DNA of 64,000 nt. Origin: an uncultured delta proteobacterium. GTDB taxonomy: Bacteria > Desulfobacterota > Desulfuromonadia > Desulfuromonadales > JACZKF01. The stretch lies in the NCBI GenBank assembly GCA_963816395.1, contig CAWFKQ010000006.1:160001-224000 (forward strand), given 5' to 3'. Positions within the stretch are counted from its first letter, which is position 1. Every line of letters begins with the position of its first letter. A program made the translations under genes and the position numbers. The notes beneath the pieces were generated by a model. The model worked only from the letters and a program-made list of their open reading frames with translations, was not told where the DNA came from and did not search any database. This document shows positions 1-10,400 of this stretch, one piece after another.

Positions 1-369
1 CTGGTGGTGGTTCTGCTGGTCGAGAACTCCCGAATCCCCTTCGACGATCCCAATACGCACCTGGAATTGACGATGGTCCACGAGGTGATGGTGCTCGATC
101 ACAGCGGACCGGCCTTCGGCATGATTCTCTACGGCGCGGCACTCAAACTCATGGTGCTGGGAGCGATCGTGGTCCGCCTGGTCTTGCCGGTGACGACGGG
201 AAATCTGCTGGGCGATGCCCTGGTTTTTATCGGCGGACTGCTGGCGCTGGCGGTGCTGGTCGGGGTGGTGGAGTCGACCATGGCCCGTCTGCGCCTGGTG
301 CGCATTCCGCAGATGCTGATCGGCACCACATTGCTGTCTGTTTTCGCCCTCGTACTGGCTCTGCGCTGA
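1..369 (+). CDS. ehrB: Ehr/hydrogenase-4-type membrane subunit, HyfC/NuoH-like (3' part; begins before window)
   Basis: Hydrophobic ORF with ENSRIPFDDPNTHLELTMVHE motif typical of HyfC/HycD/NuoH; first gene of a hyfC-E-F-G-I-like run. Confidence 0.85.
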   Translation: MVVVLLVENSRIPFDDPNTHLELTMVHEVMVLDHSGPAFGMILYGAALKLMVLGAIVVRLVLPVTTGNLLGDALVFIGGLLALAVLVGVVESTMARLRLVRIPQMLIGTTLLSVFALVLALR

Positions 370-425
370 GCGGGTTTTCATTGGTCCAATAGGTCACGGT
401 CTTATTTTTTGAGGCTTTTCAAACC

Positions 426-1064
426 ATGCTCGAACTCAACCACCTGCTTCTGCTGAGCGTCATCCTGATCAATTTCTTCACCCTCGGCAGTGCCCGCCTG
501 GGCGCCTGCATCAATGCGGTGGCCCTGCAGGGGGCGCTGCTGGCGCTGCTGCCGCTGAGCGCCCACGGCCTCTCCGGCCACACCCTGCTGCTGGCAGCGC
601 TGGCGCTGACCATGAAGGGGATCTTCATCCCCTGGCTGCTGCTGCGCGCTATCCGCGAGGTGCGCATCCGCCGCGAGGTCGAACCGCTGATCGGTTTCGT
701 GCCGACCCTGATTCTCGGGACCCTGACCACCGCCGCCGCCTTCATCTTTGCCGATTACCTGCCGCTGCTGCCGGTGCATCGCGGCAGTCTCTTCATCCCG
801 ACCTCCCTGGCGACGCTGGCGACCGGGTTTCTGCTGCTGATGACCCGGCGCAAGGCGATCACCCAGGTGCTCGGCTACCTGATCCTGGAGAACGGCATCT
901 TCATCTTCGGCGTCCTGCTGTCGGAAGCGATGCCGCTGATGGTCGAGGCCGGGGTGCTGCTCGACCTGCTGGTCGGCGTCTTTGTCATGGGGATTGTCCT
1001 CAACCAGATCAACCGCGAGTTCTCCTCGCTCAATACCGAGCGCCTGTCGGCGCTGAAGGAATAG
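426..1064 (+). CDS. ehrC: Ehr/hydrogenase-4 membrane subunit, HyfE-like
   Basis: 212 aa multi-TM; TRRKAITQVLGYLILENGI motif of HyfE; operon position. Confidence 0.85.
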   Translation: MLELNHLLLLSVILINFFTLGSARLGACINAVALQGALLALLPLSAHGLSGHTLLLAALALTMKGIFIPWLLLRAIREVRIRREVEPLIGFVPTLILGTLTTAAAFIFADYLPLLPVHRGSLFIPTSLATLATGFLLLMTRRKAITQVLGYLILENGIFIFGVLLSEAMPLMVEAGVLLDLLVGVFVMGIVLNQINREFSSLNTERLSALKE

Positions 1065-1067
1065 GCC

Positions 1068-2498
1068 ATGCTGGTCGCGATCGTCCTCATTCCGCTGCTG
1101 CTCGCCGCAGCGGCCTGGGTCATTCCCTCCTACCAGGGGCGCTCCTGGCTGCTGCCGCTGGGCGGCGGCCTGAACCTGCTGCTGGCCATCCTGCTCGTCC
1201 TCAACCCGGCTCCGCCGTCCGGCAGCTGGATCGGCCTGGATGACCTGTCGCGGCTGGTGCTGCTGGTGACGACGCTGCTCTTTTTCGCGTGTGCCGTCTA
1301 TGCCGTCGCCTACCTGGACATGCGGCGGGACCGCGGCAACCAGGTCATGGTGCCCTGCCTGCTGGCCTTCCTGGCGGCGATGACCCTGGCGGTGATTGCC
1401 CGGCACCTGGGCCTGCTCTGGGTGGCGGTCGAGACCACCACCATTGCCAGTGCCCCGCTCATCTATTACAACCGCAACCGGTTATCCATCGAGGCGACCT
1501 GGAAATACCTGCTGATCTGCTCGGTGGGGATCGCCCTGGCGATGCTCGGGATTCTGTTCGTGGCCTACGCCGCCCTCGGCGCCGATGCGAACGTCAGCCT
1601 GCAATTCGACGCCCTGCTCAGGCTGGCACCGGGGATGAGCCGGCCCTGGCTGAATGCCGGATTCGTCTTCCTGCTGGTCGGTTTCGGCACCAAGATGGGG
1701 CTGGCTCCCCTGCATACCTGGAAACCGGACGCCTACGGCGAGGCGCCGGGGATGGTCGGCGCGCTGCTCGCCGGCGGCCTGACCAGCGTTGCCTTTCTCG
1801 CCATTTTGCGCGGGGTGCAGCTGATGGGGGCGGCCGGCGGCCAGGTCATGGCCCGCCATGCCCTGCTCGGGCTGGGTCTTCTCTCGCTGCTGCTGGCCGC
1901 CGTCTTCATGGTCCGCCAGGGGGACATCAAACGGCTGCTCGCCTATTCCAGCGTCGAACACATGGGGATTCTGGCCATCGGCGTCGGCATCGGCGGCCTG
2001 GCGACTTTCGGCGCCCTGCTGCACCTGATCAACAACGCCCTGACCAAGGGGAGCCTGTTTCTGGCCGCGGGGAACATTCAGCGCGCCTACGCCAGCAAGC
2101 AGATGAGCGGCGTGCGCGGGGCCATGGCCCGACTCCCCCTTTCCGGCGGGATTTTCCTCGCCGGCTTCCTGGCTATCACCGGTTCGCCGCCGTTCGGACC
2201 CTTCCTGAGCGAATTCACGATTCTGCGGGGGATCTTCGGCACCGGTCAATATTGGGTCGGCGGCATCGTCCTGACGCTGCTGGCCACCGTCTTCATCGGC
2301 ATGGGCGGGACCGTCCTGGCGGTCACTCAGGGCGAATCGGAACCGGAAGCGGAGGATTCCGGCTACCGTGACCGGTTGCTGCTGGTCGCCCCGCCGCTGG
2401 TGCTGCTGCTGGCGGTGCTGTTCCTCGGCCTGTTCCTACCCGAACCGCTGCAGCATCTGCTGCACGGCGCCGCGGCCCTGCTGGAGGTGCCGTCATGA
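1068..2498 (+). CDS. ehrD: Ehr/hydrogenase-4 antiporter-like proton-translocating subunit, HyfF-like
   Basis: 476 aa; EATWKY, GFGTKMGLAPLHTWKPDAY, KRLLAYSSVEHMG motifs of the NuoL/M/N-Mrp family. Confidence 0.9.
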   Translation: MLVAIVLIPLLLAAAAWVIPSYQGRSWLLPLGGGLNLLLAILLVLNPAPPSGSWIGLDDLSRLVLLVTTLLFFACAVYAVAYLDMRRDRGNQVMVPCLLAFLAAMTLAVIARHLGLLWVAVETTTIASAPLIYYNRNRLSIEATWKYLLICSVGIALAMLGILFVAYAALGADANVSLQFDALLRLAPGMSRPWLNAGFVFLLVGFGTKMGLAPLHTWKPDAYGEAPGMVGALLAGGLTSVAFLAILRGVQLMGAAGGQVMARHALLGLGLLSLLLAAVFMVRQGDIKRLLAYSSVEHMGILAIGVGIGGLATFGALLHLINNALTKGSLFLAAGNIQRAYASKQMSGVRGAMARLPLSGGIFLAGFLAITGSPPFGPFLSEFTILRGIFGTGQYWVGGIVLTLLATVFIGMGGTVLAVTQGESEPEAEDSGYRDRLLLVAPPLVLLLAVLFLGLFLPEPLQHLLHGAAALLEVPS

Positions 2499-4018
2499 GT
2501 ACCGGTCCGGTGGTTATCAAGAACGGCGGCGCGTTGCCGCTGGCGGCCCTGCCGACCATCGCCTACGAGGAGTTCGCCGACCTGTTGGTCGCGGAAATCG
2601 ACCGGGGATGCGCGGGTTTCCGCCTACTTCGCCCGGTCCCTGGATGCCGACCGGCTGGAACTTTTTGCCCTGCTCGCCCATGACTGGAAGGAAGAGCTGC
2701 ACCTGCTGCGGACCACGGTCGGGCGGCGGTTTCCGTCGCTGACCCCGCGCTGCCCCCAGTTACACCTCTTCGAGCGGGAAATCGCCGAGCAGTTCGCCGT
2801 CCTGCCCGAGGGGCATCCCTGGTTCAAGCCGGTGCGCTTCCATAACGCCTGGCGTCCCGGTGCCGACCCCTGGGGGCGCGACCCGCGACGGCATCCCATC
2901 CCCGGCGATATGAGCTTCTACCGGGTGGAGGGGGAAGAAGTTCACGAGGTGGCGGTCGGCCCGGTCCATGCCGGGGTCATCGAACCCGGCCATTTCCGCT
3001 TCCAATGCCACGGCGAGAAGGTCATGCATCTGGAAATCTCCCTCGGTTTCCAGCATCGCGGCCTCCAGCAGTTGCTGCGCGGCGGCCCGCATCCGGCTAC
3101 CCTGGCGCAGATGGAAACCGTCGCCGGCGATACCACCGTCGGCCATGCCGGCGCCTATGCCCTGCTTCTCGAGGCCCTGGGCGGGGTCGAGTGCCCCGCC
3201 GCGCGGCGCCGCCATCCGCTCGCTGGCCCTGGAGCTGGAACGGCTGGCCAACCATGTCGGCGATATCGGCGCCCTGGCCGGCGATGTCGGCTACCTGCCG
3301 ACCGCCGCCTTCTGCGGCCGCATTCGCGGCGATTACCTCAACCTGACCGCCGAACTCTGCGGTAGCCGCTTCGGCCGCGGCCTGGTGCGTCCCGGCGGGG
3401 TCGGTTTCGATCTCGATCCGGCGCTGATCGAAAAGCTGCTGGCGCGGCTGGAGGTGCTGGAGCGCGAGACGCGAGGGGCGATCGATCTTTTCTTCGACAG
3501 CCCCTCGGCACTGGCCCGGATGGAAGGCATCGGGGTGGTTACTGCCGATCAGGCCGAAGCGCTCGGGCTGGTCGGCATGGCGGCGCGCGCCAGCGGCCTG
3601 ACCCGCGACTGCCGGCTGCACCATGCCAGCGATGGCTACGTCGGCACCTTCGACGGCCTGGTGATCGAGGAAACCGGCGACGTCTTTGCCCGAGCCCAGG
3701 TCCGCCGCCGCGAGATTCTCAACTCCCTGGACTGGGTGAAACAGGCCCTGCGGCGCCTGCCGGACGGGAGCGATCCACCGTACGCCGGGGGCTCCGGCCG
3801 CCGACAGCCTGGCGGTGGCGCTGACCGAGGGGTGGCGGGGGGAGGTGGTGCACGTGGCGCTGACCGATGCCGCCGGCCGCTTCGACCGTTACCAGATGGT
3901 CGATCCCTCCTTCCACAACTGGAGTGGACTGGCTCTCGCCTTGCGCGGCGAACAGATCTCGGATTTCCCACTCTGCAATAAAAGCTTCAACCTCTCGTAC
4001 TGCGGTTTCGACCTGTAG
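2495..4018 (+). CDS. ehrL: Ehr large subunit (HyfG/HycE/NuoCD-like, no NiFe-binding Cys motifs); about 3 frameshifts
   Basis: Pieces across frames: FEREIAEQF, VGPVHAGVIEPGHFRF, ELERLANH, EGWRGE, DPSFHNW, DFPLCNKSFNLSYCGFDL; ATG overlaps upstream stop. Confidence 0.85.
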
Positions 4019-4069
4019 GCTGGGAGAGGCGAGGACAGAGCAGAAGACAGGCAAGGGAGAGAAAATTTC

Positions 4070-4823
4070 ATGCTCAAGATCATCCATGAACGTCTCCGGC
4101 AGGGGCACCGCACCGGCAAATATCCGAAAGTCGATCCGGTTCTCCCCGAGCGCTTCCGCGGCCGGCCGGAAATCGATCCGGGCCGCTGTCCGCAGGGGTG
4201 CCGGGAATGCGAGAAGGCCTGCCCTCTCGGCGCGGTGCGGGTCGGCAGCGGGCCGGTTCTCGACCTGGGCCTGTGCAATCTTCTGCGGCGGCTGTGCCAC
4301 CGCCTGCCCGCACGGAGCCCTGCGCTTCGGCCGCGACTGGCGACTGGCCGGCCGCAGCCGCGATGCGCTTGCGGACCGATGGGAGCACAAACCGTTTGGC
4401 GGGAGCGCTGAACCAGGAGATGCGCCGCCTTTTCGGCCGCTCTCTCAAGCTGCGTCAGGTCTCGGCGGGCGGCTGCAATGCCTGCGAAGCCGATATCAAT
4501 GTCCTCGGTACCCTGGTCTTCGATCTGGGCCGCTTCGGCATCCAGTTCGTCGCTTCTCCCCGGCATGCCGACGGCATGCTGGTCACCGGCCCGGTGACCG
4601 AGAATATGAAAAGCGCCCTTCTCGACACCTATGCCGCCATTCCCGCACCCAAGCTGGTTATCGCCTCCGGTGCCTGCGCCATCGGCGGCGGTCCTTCCGC
4701 GGCAGCCCCGAACAGCACAACGGCATCGGCGATCTGCTGCCGGTCGACCTCTACATCCCCGGTTGTCCGCCGCATCCCTACACGACGCTGGATGGTCTGC
4801 TGCGATTGCTCGGACGGCTGTAA
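4070..4823 (+). CDS. ehrS: Ehr small subunit (N-terminal ferredoxin-like part + NuoB/HyfI domain); frameshifted
   Basis: CxxCxxxCP Fe-S motif, then GGCNACEADI, SPRHADGMLVTG, GACAIGGG, YIPGCPPHP across frames. Confidence 0.85.
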
Positions 4824-4836
4824 GGCAGGGAGATAG

Positions 4837-4883
4837 TAAGATAGTGAGGTAGGAAAACCTGCATATACTACCTCACTATCTTA
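4837..4883. repeat. 16-bp perfect inverted repeat (hairpin) between convergent genes; related to the element at 14466-14530
   Basis: taagatagtgaggtag (4837-4852) / ctacctcactatctta (4868-4883). Confidence 0.75.
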
Positions 4884-4891
4884 TTGATTAC

Positions 4892-5104
4892 TTACTGCTT
4901 ACAGGGTCCGGGCGGCTCCCGATCCCGCTCCGGGGGCGTGCGCAGAAAGGCCTCGGACTTGCTCCATGAATGCTCCTGGCCGCAGTGGGGGCAGGCGACG
5001 GGGCGGGTTTCGATTTCGGCCTGGAGGAAAACCTTCCCCGGCAGGGCAATGCCGGTCGGAACGTCTTTGCCGGTCACCGGACAGCGGATCAGGACCTCGG
5101 GCAT
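4892..5104 (-). CDS. Small Cys/His zinc-ribbon-like hypothetical protein
   Basis: 70 aa, CPVTG...CPHCGQEH; strong GAGGAGG RBS upstream. Confidence 0.7.
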   Translation of the reverse strand: MPEVLIRCPVTGKDVPTGIALPGKVFLQAEIETRPVACPHCGQEHSWSKSEAFLRTPPERDREPPGPCKQ

Positions 5105-5146
5105 CTCATCCTCCTCTCAGGAACATGCGCCAGCTCCATCGGCGGG

Positions 5147-5534
5147 TCACTTCATGCCCCGTACCGGGTCGGAAAAAGGGGTACAGCTACGGCCGGCGAC
5201 CCCCCGCAGGCGGTAATAGAAGATTTCCCCGGGCGACTGCTTCCCGGTCGATGAACTCGTTCACGCTGCCGTTCACCAGGCCGATGATCCGGTAGGGACC
5301 GTTCAGGTCCCCGGCTCGGGCGATCTCGAAGCCGGAGATGGTGGTCGGCCCTCCCGCGGCGGGAATCCAGCTAATGCGCAGTCCCTCCGGTACCGCCACC
5401 ACCTGGACTCGGTTGGGCGAATTCCAGCCGCTCACGGTCGGGCAGTTCTCGATGATGTCCCGGGGTATCAGTTGTGCGCCGGCCGGGGTGAACAGAAGGG
5501 AAAGGAGCAGGACGAGGGACAATGTACGACTCAT
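5147..5534 (-). CDS. Secreted fibronectin type III-like domain protein; one frameshift near 5235
   Basis: Signal peptide, LRISW...GFEIAR...FID then PGEIFYYRLRGV...FSDPV in the shifted frame ending at TGA 5147. Confidence 0.6.
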
Positions 5535-5703
5535 TTAAGCCTCCCATCTCCAGCCAATCCTTACTTGTCTCACTATAGCGCACTTGGGGGAAAAGCAACT
5601 TTCCAGCTTTTGCGGCGCTCTGGGTTTTTTTAAATCCTTGTGGAATTCGCCGGTTGTGCTCATAATGGGCGAGCGCATTCGGCAAGCTAATGCGGAGGGG
5701 AAA

Positions 5704-5970
5704 ATGAAAAAATTCATCTGTCCGGAATGCGGCAGCCGCAAGGCCAGTGAATCGCGGTTCATGGCAAACGAGAGCCTGGTGCAGCGCACGGACGGGCAGG
5801 TTACCACACGTACCCGCACCTGCATCGGTTGCGGCTATGAGATCCCGCTGCACCTGGGGGAGCGGCATGGAGAGGTTTCCATTGAGCAGGCGCGCCGGGA
5901 ATGGCATACTGTCTACCGCCGCAAGGCGCGCCGGCGGGCGAACTGGCTGGGAAACGAAGAGGATTCTTGA
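5704..5970 (+). CDS. Small zinc-ribbon hypothetical protein
   Basis: MKKFICPECG...CIGCG; GGAGGGG RBS before ATG 5704. Confidence 0.7.
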   Translation: MKKFICPECGSRKASESRFMANESLVQRTDGQVTTRTRTCIGCGYEIPLHLGERHGEVSIEQARREWHTVYRRKARRRANWLGNEEDS

Positions 5971-6137
5971 GAGGTTTCGTTGTATTGCCTCCGGCCGGGC
6001 ACATGGTTTCCCAGGATCTTTTCGGACAGGCCGCCAAGGGCATTGCCTCAGCCTTGAAAGATTTTGACGTCGCTCCCGGCGTGGTATATAAGGGAGCGAT
6101 ATTTTTGCCGGAATTGGATGGAAGGGAAGGGTTGAAT

Positions 6138-6398
6138 ATGAAAAACCCGTGGTGGCATCTCGCGGCCATTTTGGGGGCGGTTCTGGCCGTTCTGCTGTTC
6201 AGCATGTTCAGGGAGAAGCCGATAAAAGTTCCCGCGGACGATAAGCATCGACCCTTCATTGAAAAACTGGTGAATGGCGAAAGTCCGGCAGAGGTGGAAA
6301 AAGGATGTCCCGATTGCCACAACCCGCAGACTATGCCGCTGGACGCGGATCATCCCGCCAATCAGAAGTGCCTGGTCTGCCACCCGGTGCAGGGCTAG
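6138..6398 (+). CDS. Small membrane-anchored diheme c-type cytochrome
   Basis: N-terminal hydrophobic helix; two CXXCH motifs (CPDCH, CLVCH) plus extra His residues. Confidence 0.8.
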   Translation: MKNPWWHLAAILGAVLAVLLFSMFREKPIKVPADDKHRPFIEKLVNGESPAEVEKGCPDCHNPQTMPLDADHPANQKCLVCHPVQG

Positions 6399-6656
6399 CT
6401 CAGACGATTACCTGATCGGATCAGACTGCCGATTTTTGGCGTTTCGCGGCCCGACCGCGGGAATGGGGAATGCGGGGCTGGGAACGGTCGACCGGCCCGC
6501 GGTGGCGTACCTGGTGAAAATGGCCTCGGGATTTCGCACGGTCGGCGCAGCTTGCGATAAGATGATTGGAAAAAGGTCCCTGACCTGCGGTGGCGCGACG
6601 ACTTTAAAACACCAGATTGTCCAGAAGTTTTCCGCCCTGAATCCGGATTGAGTCAA

Positions 6657-7755
6657 ATGGCCACCAAAATCTTCATCTCCGCCACCGACCAGGATAGCGG
6701 CAAAACAACCACCAGTCTTTCCCTCCTTTACCAGGCCCGTAAAAAATACCGGCGGCTCGGCTTCATCAAGCCCATCGGACCGAAGCCGATCGATTTCCAC
6801 GGCCGGCGTATCGATACCGATCCGGCGATGATCGCTCAGGTTTACGGATTGGAGCACCTGATCGATGCCATGTGCCCGGTAGTGGTGGAACCGGGGATGA
6901 CGCAGCAGGCGATTGAAGGGCGATTGCCCCTGGCTGAACTGGAGGGGCGCATCCTGCGGGCGGTGGCGCGGCTCGAACGGGAGTGCGATTTTCTCATCGT
7001 CGAAGGGGCCGGTCACAGCGGCGTCGGTTCGGTTTTCGGGCTGAGCAATGCGCGGGTGGCGGCGATGCTGGGTGCGCCGGTACTGATGGTGACCGGCGGC
7101 GGGGTGGGAAGCGTGATCGATGCCGTCTGCATGAATCTCTCGCTTTATCGGGAGATGGGGGCGGAAGTGCGGTTGCTGGTGGCGAACAAGCTGCTCCCCG
7201 AGAAGCGCGACAAGACCCTTCGGCACCTGCGGCTCGCCTTCCAGAATGCCGGTTTCGGCGTGATCGGTGGTTTCAATTACCAGCCGGTCCTGGCCAACCC
7301 GACTCTCCAGCGGATAGCCAAGGTGCTGGGGATCGAAATGGACGGGCAGCCGGAAGGAACGGATGCGGATCGTGCACAACGTGCAGATCGGCGCCGCCGC
7401 CACCCAGCGGGTGGTCGACATGCTGCAGGACGATACGCTGCTGCTGGTCACCAGTTCCCGGGACGAGTTGCTGGTGACCCTTTCCAATCTCTATACCCAG
7501 CCGGAATTCTACCCGAAAATCGCCGGCCTGGTGATTCCCGGCATGACCCCGATCGCGAAAATAACCCAGGAGATTCTTGACAACAGCGGGATCCCCTATC
7601 TGCGCATCGGTAAACGGACCGACCAGGTTTTTCTCGCCATTCATGAGGATGTCTCCAAGCTGACGGCGGAGGATGCGGAAAAGATCGCCCTCATTCAGCA
7701 GCTGGCGCAGAAGCGGTTCGATTTCGACTATATCGACCGGCTGTTTGCCGCTTGA
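6657..7755 (+). CDS. BioD-like P-loop + DRTGG-type protein (stand-alone phosphotransacetylase N-terminal domains); frameshift near 7360
   Basis: ATDQDSGKTT P-loop, GFIKPIG, VEGAGH, and C-terminal LLVTSSRDE. Confidence 0.75.
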
Positions 7756-7805
7756 CGATTTCCAGAAGACAGGCCGAAACATGGTTTCGGCGGAAAGGAA
7801 TTCCG

Positions 7806-8116
7806 ATGCAGGCGAAGGAACTCGCCAAGGCAATCAGAGCGAAAAAGGCGCCCCGGGTACTGTCGATGTGCGCAGCGGCGCGGAGTTCCGCTCCGGCCAT
7901 ATCCCCGGTGCCGTGCATGTGCCGTTCTGGGCCGCTCCGCTGCGCCTGAAGGTTTTGCCGGCGGACCGGCAGGCCAAGCTCGTTCTGACCTGCGAGCACG
8001 GCCCGCGGGCACAACTGGCCAAGACCCTGCTCGGCCTGGCCGGCTACCGCAATCTCGAGCTGCTCGAGGGGCACATGGCCGGCTGGCGTCGGGCCGCCCT
8101 GCCGCTGGAGAAATAA
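7806..8116 (+). CDS. Rhodanese-like domain protein; frameshift near 7860
   Basis: DVRSGAEFRSGHIPGA, active-site CEHGPRA, LEGHMAGW. Confidence 0.85.
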
Positions 8117-8398
8117 ATGTTGGACTGCCGGACAGGCTGCGGCGCCTGCTGCATCGCGCCGTCGATCTCCTCGCCGATTCCCGGCATGCCCGAGGGGAAG
8201 CCGGCGGGGGTCCGCTGTGTGCAGTTGACGGCGGACAACCTCTGCCGTCTGTTCAGTCGGCCGGAGCGGCCCGGCGTGTGCGTCCGCCTGCGCCCGGATG
8301 CCGAGATGTGCGGGCGAACCGCCGGCGAGGCAATGGCGCGGCTGACCGAAATCGAGTCCCTGACCCGGCCGGCCCCTGACTCAGGCGCCGAGGGGTGA
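8117..8398 (+). CDS. YkgJ/YeiW-family cysteine-cluster (putative Fe-S) protein
   Basis: CRTGCGACCIAPSISSPIPGMPEGKPAGVRC...RPGVC. Confidence 0.85.
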   Translation: MLDCRTGCGACCIAPSISSPIPGMPEGKPAGVRCVQLTADNLCRLFSRPERPGVCVRLRPDAEMCGRTAGEAMARLTEIESLTRPAPDSGAEG

Positions 8399-8518
8399 AA
8401 AAGAGGTTTTGCAACCTGCCCCCCTCGTGCCTCTATATCTATTTTCGCCTTGCCCGGGGGGCCTCTCCGGGAAGGGCAGGAGCCTTTTTGCTGTAAATCG
8501 GACAGCTGGAGTAATGTG

Positions 8519-9294
8519 GTGAATGGCGCCTGGTGGAGTGTGATTTTGGCTGCAACCCTTGCCGGGGTGGCAATTTTTCTCGGGATGTACCTGGTCTTGG
8601 CGCGGGAGGCGTGGAGCCGGACGCAACTTGATTTATTTTATCGCCTTCTCCGGCGGCCTGATGCTCGGCATCGGCCTTCTGCACATCTTCCCGGAAGCCC
8701 AGGAGCTGAACCCTCGCGCCTATGTCTATTTCACCATTGCTTTCGTGGTCTTCTACCTGCTGGAGCACCATCTCCCCTTTCATGCCGAGCATGAGCAGAT
8801 GCTTCACGATACGCCACATTTGCCGTGCAGCCATAACCATTCCTGCGCCAATGCCAACCCGATGGGGATGGTCGCCTTCTTCGGCATGAGCCTGCATTCC
8901 ATGATCGACGGGATGATCATCGGCACCGGCTTCGAGGTGGACACCCGGGTCGGGCTGCTGTCGGCCATCGCCGTGGTTGCCCATAAAATTCCGGCGGGCG
9001 CCGCCATTTTCTCTATCCTGCTCCACTACGGCTGGCCCCGCCGTATCGGCCATCCGCTTTACCGCCGCGGTCGCCTGCGCCACGCCGGTCGGCGCGATTC
9101 TGACCTTCGCCCTGATCCGCACGGTGCAGCCGTCTCTGCTGGGCATACTGATGGCGGTGGCGGCCGGCTCCTTCGTCTATATCGCCGCCTCCGACCTGAT
9201 TCCCGAATCCCATCGCGCCCGCGGCTGGAAGGGAAGCGTCTCGCTGGTCGGAGGGATTCTCACGGCCGCCGCGGCCGGTTGGCTCGCGGGGTGA
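8519..9294 (+). CDS. ZIP-family divalent metal transporter; two frameshifts
   Basis: Across frames: AFSGGLML...HIFPEA, His-rich loop, LHSMIDG, AHKIPAG, AAGSFVYIAASDLIPE; start approximate. Confidence 0.85.
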
Positions 9295-9354
9295 GGCAAA
9301 GTAAAACGTTAACCGAGGGGGCTATCCGGCCTCCGCAAGCCTGAGGGATTGCCA

Positions 9355-9945
9355 ATGACTGAGAATCTAGACCGTTTTTCGCTTGACTCTGATCAGTCGA
9401 TGCTGCTGGTGGTGGATGTGCAGGGGAAGCTGATACCCCCTTTGCCGCCGAAAATTTACCGGCAGACGCTGCAGAGCATCGATTTCCTGATCAAGGCAGC
9501 CAGGCAGCTGCAGGTGCCGGTGGTGGCGACCGAACAGTACCCGCAGGGGCTCGGGCCGACGGTGCCTGAACTGGCGGAGGCCTGCCGGGACAAGGTGATG
9601 GCAAAGGTCAGTTTCGGCTGCTGCGGCGAGCCGGCTTTTCTCGAACATTTGCAACAGCTGGGGCGCAGGCAGGTGATCGTCACCGGCATGGAAGCCCACG
9701 TCTGCGTCTTCCAGACGGTGCTCGGGCTGCTTGCGGCGGGCTACCGGGTGCACCTGGTGCGCGACGCCGTCATCTCCCGCGGAAAGGTCGACTATCTCAA
9801 CTCTCTGGAGCTTGCCAGGCAGGCCGGAGCGGTCGTGACGACTGCCGAGACGGCTGTCTACCAGTGGCTGCGCACAGCGACGGCCCCAGGATTCAAGGCG
9901 ATTTCCGCCCTGGTCAAGGAGCGGTTTAATCAGTCTCGAAGCTGA
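9355..9945 (+). CDS. Isochorismatase-family (YcaC-like) hydrolase
   Basis: VVDVQ, TEQYPQGLGPT, K.SFGC, GMEAHVCVFQT. Confidence 0.9.
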   Translation: MTENLDRFSLDSDQSMLLVVDVQGKLIPPLPPKIYRQTLQSIDFLIKAARQLQVPVVATEQYPQGLGPTVPELAEACRDKVMAKVSFGCCGEPAFLEHLQQLGRRQVIVTGMEAHVCVFQTVLGLLAAGYRVHLVRDAVISRGKVDYLNSLELARQAGAVVTTAETAVYQWLRTATAPGFKAISALVKERFNQSRS

Positions 9946-9951
9946 GGCCGC

Positions 9952-10359
9952 ATGGAAATGATAAAGGACAACGGCTGTTTCGTTTGCGGTCCGGCCAACG
10001 AACGCGGCCTGCGGGCGGAGTTCACCATCGATCGGGTGGCGCGGGCGGCCTCGAGCCGTCTGGCGATCCCAGCCTGGTCGCAGGGCTGGCGGGGGGTGGC
10101 GCATGGCGGCATCATCTCCACCCTGCTCGACGAGGCGTGCGTGCACGCCTGCCGCACCGTCGGGCCGCACCCGGTGACGGTGGAGTTGACGGTCCGCTTC
10201 CGCAAGCCGGTACCGGTAGCGGTGGAGATTTCTGTCCGGGGCGAGGTGGTGGGAATCCGCCGGCGAATTCTGCAGGCGCGGGCGCGGCTGGAAATCGGCG
10301 GTGAAAGTTACGCCGAGGCGGAGGCGCGGGTGATGCTGATAGCGGGCCGGGAACTGTAG
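9952..10359 (+). CDS. PaaI-family hotdog thioesterase
   Basis: CFVCG..N..GL, GVAHGGIISTLLDE. Confidence 0.9.
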   Translation: MEMIKDNGCFVCGPANERGLRAEFTIDRVARAASSRLAIPAWSQGWRGVAHGGIISTLLDEACVHACRTVGPHPVTVELTVRFRKPVPVAVEISVRGEVVGIRRRILQARARLEIGGESYAEAEARVMLIAGREL

Positions 10360-10400
10360 GCAGTCGAGGCCGGCGCCAGCAAACAGCCGCTTTCTCCGGA

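Noticed and set aside
2495..4018. Functional NiFe hydrogenase or formate hydrogenlyase
   Set aside because: Both Ni-binding CxxC motifs are absent
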